Assembly: GCA_031285625.1 (NCBI GenBank)
Contig: JAITVV010000043.1
Location: forward strand, 81,080 to 145,079
DNA: 64,000 nucleotides
Direction of reading: 5' to 3'
Source: Prevotella sp.
GTDB taxonomy: Bacteria; Bacteroidota; Bacteroidia; Bacteroidales; Dysgonomonadaceae
Shown in pieces: positions 9,996 to 17,436 of the stretch. How positions within the stretch are numbered: position 1 is the stretch's first letter; every line of letters begins with the position of its first letter. A program made the position numbers and the translations under genes. The notes under the pieces are model-generated. The model saw nothing but the letters and a program-made list of their open reading frames with translations. It was not told the origin of the DNA and ran no database searches.

Positions 9996-11357
9996 ATGGG
10001 AAAAATACAGGTCTCTCTTATTTTTATAATATTGTTATTTTGCACAATTAGCTGTAACAATAAAGTCAGCAATTCTACTAAAGAACCAGCTAATGAAGAG
10101 TTGGTTATTACAGATGAAGCCCTACTTGATAGTGTACAACGCAGGACATTCAACTATTTTTGGGAAGGTGCTGAACCTGTGAGCGGAATGGCACGTGAAC
10201 GGTATCATGTAGATGGAGACTACGGACAACATGATAAGAACACAGTTACATCCGGAGGAAGCGGATTTGGCATTATGGCTATTATTGCCGGAATAGACAG
10301 GGGCTATGTGACGCGTGAACAAGGTCTGGAGAGACTGACTAAAATAGTTAGTTTCCTCGAAAAAGCAGATTCTTTTCACGGCGTTTTCCCGCACTGGTGG
10401 AATGGAGAAACCGGAAAAGTAGTAGGCTTTAGTGATAGAGACAACGGAGGTGACCTTGTGGAAACTTCATTCCTATTGCAAGGATTACTAGCAGTGCATC
10501 AATACTACATAAGTGGCTCAGCTGCAGAAAAAGCACTTGCATCCCGTATAGATAAAATATGGCGTAATGTAGACTGGAACTGGCACCGTAACGGACAAAA
10601 CGTTCTATACTGGCACTGGAGCCCGAATCACTCATGGGAAATGAATTTCCCTATTCGCGGATACAATGAGTGTCTTATCACATATATTCTGGCTGCATGT
10701 TCCCCAACACATGGGGTTCCGGCGGAGGTCTATCACGAAGGTTGGGGCGAAAATGGAAAAATCATCGCACCACATGAGTTAGAAGGCTATAACTTAAATA
10801 TGCGCTATCAAAGCAACACTGGTATCGGTCCCCTATTCTGGGCGCATTATTCATTTCTGGGGCTAAATCCAACCGGATTGAAAGATAAATATGCCAATTA
10901 TTATCAGGAAATGAAAAACTATACCCTGATAAATAGAGACTATTGCATACGCAATCCAAAAGGATTTAAAGGATACGGTGAAAATTGCTGGGGACTGACA
11001 GCAAGCTATTCAGTCAATGGATATGCAGCTCACGAACCATCTGAACATGGTGACATGGGAGTAATTTCACCTACAGCCGCACTGTCATCTATTGTATATA
11101 CACCTGAAGAATCAATCAAAGTAATGCGGAACTTATATCGTATGGGAGATAAAGTATGGGGGCAATATGGTTTCTACGATGCATTTAGTGAAACGGACAA
11201 TTGGTACCCACAACGTTACCTAGCCATTGATCAAGGGCCAATAGCTGTCATGATAGAGAATTACCGTTCTCAATTACTTTGGAAACTCTTCATGAGCCAT
11301 CCGGATGTTCAGAAAGGATTGAAAAAACTCGGTTTTACATCTCCCTCATTAAATTAA
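9996..11357 (+). CDS. GH144 endo-beta-1,2-glucanase-like lipoprotein (glucoamylase/DUF3131 family)
   Basis: Lipobox TISC, VQRRTFNYFWEGAEPVSGMARER, GGSGFG, FHGVFPHW, GGDLVETSFL, LYWHWSP, GPLFWAHYSFLG, WGLTAS, YLAIDQGP. Confidence 0.85.
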   Translation: MGKIQVSLIFIILLFCTISCNNKVSNSTKEPANEELVITDEALLDSVQRRTFNYFWEGAEPVSGMARERYHVDGDYGQHDKNTVTSGGSGFGIMAIIAGIDRGYVTREQGLERLTKIVSFLEKADSFHGVFPHWWNGETGKVVGFSDRDNGGDLVETSFLLQGLLAVHQYYISGSAAEKALASRIDKIWRNVDWNWHRNGQNVLYWHWSPNHSWEMNFPIRGYNECLITYILAACSPTHGVPAEVYHEGWGENGKIIAPHELEGYNLNMRYQSNTGIGPLFWAHYSFLGLNPTGLKDKYANYYQEMKNYTLINRDYCIRNPKGFKGYGENCWGLTASYSVNGYAAHEPSEHGDMGVISPTAALSSIVYTPEESIKVMRNLYRMGDKVWGQYGFYDAFSETDNWYPQRYLAIDQGPIAVMIENYRSQLLWKLFMSHPDVQKGLKKLGFTSPSLN

Positions 11358-11366
11358 ATACTTTCG

Positions 11367-11405
11367 TAGTCTAAAGGTTATGTCTATAACCTTTAGACTA
11401 TTTTT
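11367..11405 (+). terminator. Rho-independent terminator after GH144
   Basis: 15-bp perfect stem TAGTCTAAAGGTTAT-gtct-ATAACCTTTAGACTA followed by TTTTT. Confidence 0.8.
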
Positions 11406-11530
11406 CAATTATGCCATGATATCCTCCAAGCAAGACACCTCATCATTCTACCACATATATAAAGCATCGAATCACCATAAACCGGAGTATTATAATTATC
11501 TTTAGAACTGCAATCTCAAAAGTAATAATT

Positions 11531-12295
11531 ATGAAAAAAAGTATTTTCACACTTATCTTCCTCATCTTCTCCTTATTTAGCTATGCTCAGTTCAAGAATG
11601 CGTCATTTATGATAAATGGGTATACTTTACCATATCAAATCATGTATCCGGAGAACTATGATGAAACAAAAGCATATCCTTTAGTTGTATTCCTTCACGG
11701 GGCAGGAGAACGGGGCAATGACAATCAAAAACAGCTAACACATGGAAAGCAATTCCTTATTGATAATTTCCACCTTGCACATCCATCTATAGTAATAGCA
11801 CCACAATGCCCTACTGATAGCTATTGGGCAAACGTAATGCGTCATCAGATAGATAATAAAATGACTTTAACTTTTGGTGTTTCAGATAGCCCCACTCAAC
11901 CGATGAATACCCTCATGGCACTCATTCAATATTGGCTTTCTTCAGAAAAGATAGATACAGGAAAAGTATATGTAGGAGGACTATCAATGGGAGGTATGGG
12001 CACTTTAGAACTACTGTGGCGAATGCCCCGGACATTTACAGCAGCTTTTCCGATATGTGGAGGAGCTGACTTAAGCAAGCTTTCATTATATGCAAAGAAT
12101 ACTGCTGTATGGATTTTCCATGGTAGTGATGATTCTGTTGTTCCTGCACAAAATTCGAGAGACATATATAAAAACCTGAAAGAATTGGGATGTGATACAG
12201 AATATACAGAATACGAAGGAGTTAATCACAACAGTTGGGACAATGCATTTCAAGAAAAAGATTTAGCTACGTGGCTATTCACACATACTAAATAG
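11531..12295 (+). CDS. Secreted alpha/beta-hydrolase (carboxylesterase / predicted-peptidase family)
   Basis: Signal peptide, YPLVVFLHGAGERG, nucleophile elbow GLSMGG, FHGSDDSVVP, YEGVNHNSW (Ser-Asp-His triad). Confidence 0.85.
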   Translation: MKKSIFTLIFLIFSLFSYAQFKNASFMINGYTLPYQIMYPENYDETKAYPLVVFLHGAGERGNDNQKQLTHGKQFLIDNFHLAHPSIVIAPQCPTDSYWANVMRHQIDNKMTLTFGVSDSPTQPMNTLMALIQYWLSSEKIDTGKVYVGGLSMGGMGTLELLWRMPRTFTAAFPICGGADLSKLSLYAKNTAVWIFHGSDDSVVPAQNSRDIYKNLKELGCDTEYTEYEGVNHNSWDNAFQEKDLATWLFTHTK

Positions 12296-12346
12296 AGATT
12301 GGATTGGTTATCACAGTTAATAGGTAGATTAAGGTTAAATTAGCTC

Positions 12347-12392
12347 AAAGAAAAGACCGCACAATGACAATGTCAGAGTGTGGTCTCTTTAT
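12347..12392. terminator. Probable bidirectional terminator between convergent esterase and tyrA
   Basis: Imperfect stem AGACCGCAC...GTGTGGTCT flanked by A- and T-rich tracts. Confidence 0.5.
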
Positions 12393-12407
12393 TTAAATCT
12401 TTATCGG

Positions 12408-13190
12408 TTATCCTTTTTCAGCAATATTACCTCTTACTTTAGTCAAAAATTTAAGCATCCCGGCACTATCTTTTTTCTCAATGATCTCTAAAAGATGTTT
12501 CAATTCAGCACGAATCCCTTCTACCTGAGCCGGAGTATATGGGTTGAAAAGAATTTCAGTCAAAAGAAAATCATCTTCAGACAGAAGCCCTTTTGCAATA
12601 TTCATATGACGCTTAAATGTTGTACCGGGCGCATCCTGGTGTTTCATTACAGAAGCAAAGACAAGTGTAGATGCAAATGGTATGGACAGGGAATAAGCAA
12701 TGGTTTCGTCATGCTCCTCAAATGTGTATTCAAATACATTCAATTTGAGACTGCTGTATAAATCTTTAAAGAATATCTTCCCCCAATGATTTGACTCTGA
12801 TATCACAATCGCACTCTGAGTACTTAAGTCAGTCAAGTTAGCAAATGTAGGGCCAAACATCGGATGTGTAGAAGCAAAGGGCCGTCCGGTCTTCTGATAA
12901 AATTCTCTCAATCCGGTTTTTACAGAGGCAATATCGGATAATATACATGCCTCATCCAGATAAGGGAGGACCATTTCAAAAGCCTGAATTGTATATTTCA
13001 CAGTTGCAGCATTAATAACGATTTCCGGATTAAATTCCTTTATCTCTTCCGGATTACTCATCCTCACCACATTATAGACAAACCGAAGACGTTTTGGATC
13101 TATATCGAAAACAGCAACTTCATGATCGAAGCTCAATACATCTGTAAAAAAGGAACCCATCTTTCCGGCTCCAAGTATCAATATTTTCAT
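12408..13190 (-). CDS. tyrA: Prephenate dehydrogenase
   Basis: Start reassigned to ATG at 13190 (MKILILGAGKMG Rossmann motif). Also SDIASVK, STHPMFGP and EEHDETIAYSL. A TATCTTTG -7 box lies at 13218-13211. Confidence 0.88.
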   Translation of the reverse strand: MKILILGAGKMGSFFTDVLSFDHEVAVFDIDPKRLRFVYNVVRMSNPEEIKEFNPEIVINAATVKYTIQAFEMVLPYLDEACILSDIASVKTGLREFYQKTGRPFASTHPMFGPTFANLTDLSTQSAIVISESNHWGKIFFKDLYSSLKLNVFEYTFEEHDETIAYSLSIPFASTLVFASVMKHQDAPGTTFKRHMNIAKGLLSEDDFLLTEILFNPYTPAQVEGIRAELKHLLEIIEKKDSAGMLKFLTKVRGNIAEKG

Positions 13191-13260
13191 CTCTGTATTT
13201 TTAATTCGTGCAAAGATACAAGATTGAAGGGAATCTTGGTCTATTTTTTCCTTATATAAA

Positions 13261-13289
13261 GAAAAAGCCGGCAAATAAATTTGCCGGCT
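13261..13289 (-). terminator. Rho-independent terminator of EF-G2 gene
   Basis: AGCCGGCAAAT-aa-ATTTGCCGGCT with a minus-strand U-tract (gaaaaa on +). Confidence 0.75.
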
Positions 13290-13310
13290 CTATAAATATT
13301 CCAGATAATA

Positions 13311-15470
13311 TTAATCTTCGTCTTTCTGACTAGCTTCGTATTCTTTCAATAGCTTGTCCTGAACGTCGGAAGGGACAAGTTCATAACTTGCAAACTTCAT
13401 CGTAAACGACGCACGACCTCCGGTTAACGAACTAAGTGAAATAGAATAGTTTGACATTTCTTTCAATGGTACTTTAGCATTTAATATCTCTATACCTTTA
13501 TCACTTTCCATACCCATAATCATGGCGCGACGATTTTGAAGATCACCCATTACATCACCCATCCTATCTGACGGAACGGATACAACTACATCATACACAG
13601 GCTCAAGAATCTTAGGACCTGCATTCTTAAATGCCTCGCTGAACGCATTACGTCCTGCCAGCATAAATGAGATTTCATTAGAATCTACCGGGTGCATCTT
13701 ACCATCATAAACTACTACGCGTACATCACGGGCATATGAGCCGGTTAAAGGCCCTTGCTCGAGACGCGACATAATACCTTTGAGGATTGCAGGCAGGAAG
13801 CGGGCATCGATCGATCCACCGACGATACTACTTACAAAAACCAGTTTACCTCCCCAATCTAAATCATAGACCTGAGTATCACGTGCCTGCACTTTAAACT
13901 CCTGTCCATTAAACTTATATGTTTCAGGCATTGGCATACCTTCAGTATAAGGCTCTACAACCAGATGTACTTCACCGAACTGTCCGGCACCACCCGATTG
14001 TTTCTTATGGCGATAATCGGCACGTGCAGCTTTAGTGATCGTTTCACGATAAGGAATTTTCGGTTCTGAGAAGACAATCGAAATTTTATCGTTGTTTTCT
14101 ATCCTCCATTTCAACGTTTTAAGATGGAACTCACCTTGTCCCGATACTATAAGTTGTTTCAATTCCTTCGAATTCTCAATAACCCATGTCGGATCTTCCT
14201 CACGCATACGCTGCAATACTTCATTCATTTTTTCAGTATCTTTCTCATTTTCAGCCTTAATTGCGCGACGGTATTTAGGATCAGGATATTTTATAAAATT
14301 GAACTTATTATCAACTCCCTTTGCATTCAATGTATTACCAGTACGAACATCTTTTAGTTTCACAGCTGCCCCGATATCTCCGGCAACAAGTTCTTCCACC
14401 TTTGTCCGTTGCTGCCCTGCCGGACAGAATATTTGTCCCATTCGTTCTTTAGAGCCCCTGTCTGCATTCAGTAAATCATCACCTTCATGTACTTTACCAC
14501 TCATCACCTTGAAGTAAGAAACTTCACCGACGTGCGGTTCCACTGTGGTTTTAAAGAAAAAGAGACTGGTTGGAGCATCCGATTCCGGTTTTATTTCCAC
14601 CCCATTAGTATTTATTGGAGCTGGTAAATCGCGAACATAAGGAACTACATTACCAAGGAACTCCATTGTACGGCGTACACACATATCTTTTTCAGCAGAC
14701 ACACAGAATATTGGATACAGGTCTCTGTGAACCAATCCCCAACGGATACCCATACGCATCTCGTCTTCTGTAAGAGTTCCCTGATCAAAGAATTTCTCCA
14801 TCAAAGATTCTTCATTTTCTGCAGCTGCCTCTACTAATTTCTGTTTTAGTTCTTTTGCTTTTTCCCTTTCTTCATCAGGGATATCAAGCACCTCAGGAGC
14901 TCCGCCTTCCGGCTTCCACCTGAGCATTTTATATTTTAAAATATCAATAACAGCATTAAAGCCTTCCCCACAGTTGATGGGATATTGTATCAAAACTGCT
15001 TTTTCACCATATTCGGCTTTCAGTTGTGATACTACATTGTCAAAATCAGCTTTTGGATGATCCAGCTGATTAACAATAAATATAACAGGTTTCTGTAATT
15101 TATGAGTATATCTTAATTGATTAATAGTACCCACTTCCATACCATACTGGGCATTGAGTACCATGAGTGCAGTATCTGTCACATTAAGTGATGTAACTAC
15201 GTTTCCTACAAAGTCATCTGATCCCGGACAATCGATAAAATTCAGTTTGCGATTCATCCATTCCACAGAGAAAATGCTGGAAAAAACAGAATAACCGTAT
15301 TCTTTTTCCACAGGGAAATAGTCCGAGACTGTATTTCCGTCTTTCACACTTCCTCTGCGTTTTATGACGCCAGCTTCATAGAGCATGGCCTCGGCGAGAG
15401 TGGTTTTGCCCGCTCCCGAACTACCAAGAATAGCTATATTCTTGATTTCTTGAGTTTGGTAAGTTTTCAT
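13311..15470 (-). CDS. fusA2: Elongation factor G paralogue (Bacteroidetes EF-G2 type)
   Basis: EF-G domains (GSSGAGKTT, GQGEFHL, PKIPYRETI, HKKQSGGAGQFGEV, DGKMHPVDSNE, LEPVY). The G3 motif is DCPGSDDF (no His), G4 is NQLD, and domain IV carries an insertion. Confidence 0.9.
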   Translation of the reverse strand: MKTYQTQEIKNIAILGSSGAGKTTLAEAMLYEAGVIKRRGSVKDGNTVSDYFPVEKEYGYSVFSSIFSVEWMNRKLNFIDCPGSDDFVGNVVTSLNVTDTALMVLNAQYGMEVGTINQLRYTHKLQKPVIFIVNQLDHPKADFDNVVSQLKAEYGEKAVLIQYPINCGEGFNAVIDILKYKMLRWKPEGGAPEVLDIPDEEREKAKELKQKLVEAAAENEESLMEKFFDQGTLTEDEMRMGIRWGLVHRDLYPIFCVSAEKDMCVRRTMEFLGNVVPYVRDLPAPINTNGVEIKPESDAPTSLFFFKTTVEPHVGEVSYFKVMSGKVHEGDDLLNADRGSKERMGQIFCPAGQQRTKVEELVAGDIGAAVKLKDVRTGNTLNAKGVDNKFNFIKYPDPKYRRAIKAENEKDTEKMNEVLQRMREEDPTWVIENSKELKQLIVSGQGEFHLKTLKWRIENNDKISIVFSEPKIPYRETITKAARADYRHKKQSGGAGQFGEVHLVVEPYTEGMPMPETYKFNGQEFKVQARDTQVYDLDWGGKLVFVSSIVGGSIDARFLPAILKGIMSRLEQGPLTGSYARDVRVVVYDGKMHPVDSNEISFMLAGRNAFSEAFKNAGPKILEPVYDVVVSVPSDRMGDVMGDLQNRRAMIMGMESDKGIEILNAKVPLKEMSNYSISLSSLTGGRASFTMKFASYELVPSDVQDKLLKEYEASQKDED

Positions 15471-15653
15471 GGCCTAAATGTTTTTACAGGTTAATAATAA
15501 TTTAGCTTTTTACCAAAATACTCCAAATTTTGGAGCACTGTTTTCAAAATTAGTGAAATGTTCTGATGATATAGCAAAAAAATACATGTTATTTAGTTAT
15601 AAAAAATTAACATGAAAGAAAAATATTCAGAATATCTAAATCCGCCCGTTCAC

Positions 15654-15699
15654 AATAATAAGAAACTACAGATATCAATATCTGTAGTTTCTTATTATT
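15654..15699 (-). terminator. 22-bp perfect inverted repeat downstream of GH43 (terminator)
   Basis: AATAATAAGAAACTACAGATAT-ca-ATATCTGTAGTTTCTTATTATT. Confidence 0.7.
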
Positions 15700-15718
15700 T
15701 GAGGTAGAATATGTTCTA

Positions 15719-17305
15719 TTATTTCGCACTATAGTCGAACCAGTCATAATATGCCTTGGCATTACTTGACTTACCATTCGATGAAGCATATAGTCCAATC
15801 ATTACCCCGGTGAATCCTCCGGCAACCTCAGTGCTAAGATAGCGGGTATCCAGCTTACCCAACTCACTATATTGATTGCTATCAGCCTCTGAGCAATAAA
15901 AAGAGTAATTAGTAGGATTACCTTCAATTTTCAGCTTCACCTTATTTCCTTTTATTTGTTTCTCCCCGGCAATATATGAGAGTGAGCCTACATGCACTCT
16001 CAGCTGAGCAATATATTGTCCATTAACTTTTTTTATTATAAAATCGTAATGATGAGTATTATTCTGAATCAATGTCATTCCGGCTTCCTCATTTTCGGCA
16101 GAAGAGTCGAATTGCAAAAGGGTCTCCGCAATGAAATCATGCTCAGTCTGTCTACGGCAAACAAAAGACACAGATTCTGTTTCATTTAACGTATATGGTG
16201 ACGTGCTTATTCTCAACCAACCTTTCTTATCTGTCAGTGAATAGTTCTCCCTTATCGGATTACGTAAATATTGCCATTCAAAACCAAGCTTATCCCCATC
16301 GAAATTTGTACGGATATCTGCTTTCGGGAAAGGATGTAAAGGAAGAGTAGGTACATTCATATTCAGAGCTACAGTACCGTCTCCGTTTACCTGTGGCCAA
16401 CCGCCTTTGGGCCAGTCTACAGGAGCAAGGAAAGTCTCACGACCAAGCACATGATAATAAGCCCACTGATGTGTAACCCTGAATCCAAGAAATACCATCC
16501 ACCATGAACCATCCTTAGCCTGTACCAGATCAGCATGTCCAACACCTTGTATCTGGTTTGCCTGCCCTCTGCGGTTAGCATGTGTCAATATCGGATTTAG
16601 CGGGCACGATTCATAAGGGCCATTTATATTTTTACTGCGCCCGATTGTGGCACTATGCATATATTCAGTACCGCCTTCGCCCAACAGTAAATAATAATAC
16701 CCGTCTTTCTTATAAATATGAGGAGCCTCAGGGAAGCGTCCACCGATACCGCCCCATACCAGCTGCTCAGGCCCAATAACCTTCCCTGTTTTTAAGTCCA
16801 CTTCTGTTACACGGATACCTTCATTACCCTGTGTCACAAAGTATGTTTTACCATCTTCATCCCAGAAGATATCAGGATCTATGCTATCTATAGCGACCCA
16901 GATAGGTTCGCTCCACGGCCCGGCAGGATCAGTTGCCGTACAAAAGAAATTACCACCTCCGGACACATTTGTACATATAACATAAAATAACCCATCATGA
17001 AAACGTAAAGATGGGGCAAACAAACCTCCCGAAGCAGGAGATTTATGCAAAGGGAGCTGTGAATCGCGTGTAAGGCAATGCCCTATTTGTTCCCAGTTAA
17101 CAAGGTCTTTACTATGGTAGATGGGCAAACCCGGAAAATATTCGAAAGACGATGTTACCAAATAAAAGTCATCTCCTACCCGGCAAATACTAGGATCGGG
17201 ATTGAAGCCCGGAATTATAGGATTCTTATACCCCGTTTGTGCAAATAACTGGATGGAGAATACTGTAAGGCAAACAATTGTTACTATTTTAAGGATGTTT
17301 CTCAT
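15719..17305 (-). CDS. GH43 alpha-L-arabinofuranosidase/beta-xylosidase (BoGH43A-like)
   Basis: Signal peptide, NPIIPGFNPDPS, SSFEYFPG, SIDPDIF, EAPHIYKK, GHADLV, LGRETFL, and C-terminal beta-sandwich ending GGFTGVMIGLYA. Confidence 0.9.
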   Translation of the reverse strand: MRNILKIVTIVCLTVFSIQLFAQTGYKNPIIPGFNPDPSICRVGDDFYLVTSSFEYFPGLPIYHSKDLVNWEQIGHCLTRDSQLPLHKSPASGGLFAPSLRFHDGLFYVICTNVSGGGNFFCTATDPAGPWSEPIWVAIDSIDPDIFWDEDGKTYFVTQGNEGIRVTEVDLKTGKVIGPEQLVWGGIGGRFPEAPHIYKKDGYYYLLLGEGGTEYMHSATIGRSKNINGPYESCPLNPILTHANRRGQANQIQGVGHADLVQAKDGSWWMVFLGFRVTHQWAYYHVLGRETFLAPVDWPKGGWPQVNGDGTVALNMNVPTLPLHPFPKADIRTNFDGDKLGFEWQYLRNPIRENYSLTDKKGWLRISTSPYTLNETESVSFVCRRQTEHDFIAETLLQFDSSAENEEAGMTLIQNNTHHYDFIIKKVNGQYIAQLRVHVGSLSYIAGEKQIKGNKVKLKIEGNPTNYSFYCSEADSNQYSELGKLDTRYLSTEVAGGFTGVMIGLYASSNGKSSNAKAYYDWFDYSAK

Positions 17306-17308
17306 GAT

Positions 17309-17435
17309 TGTTACTTTTTGGATATACTTATTATCAGCTATTTATACAGAAAAAGTAACAAAAGTGACACTTTTTACAACAGTTTATCTGTTACTTTTTC
17401 CGTATGGTAAAGTTTATAGCTTATATATAGATAAT
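17309..17435 (-). repeat. Dispersed ~125-bp intergenic repeat, copy A (GTTACTTTT/AAAAGTAAC units)
   Basis: The reverse complement aligns by eye with 57189-57315, sharing blocks AATTATC(T)TATATATAA, GGA(A/G)AAAGTAACAGA, AAAA(A/G)GTGT(C/T)ACTTTTGT(T/C)AC(T/C)TTTT and TAAA(T/C)A(G/A)CTG. Confidence 0.7.
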
Positions 17436-17436
17436 T

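Noticed and set aside
15586-15614. CATGTTA...TAACATG inverted repeat upstream of fusA2 as a possible Cur/BT4338-type site
   Set aside because: The spacing does not fit the TATGTTnTAnAACATA consensus as I recall it, and matches like this are easy to find in very AT-rich DNA.
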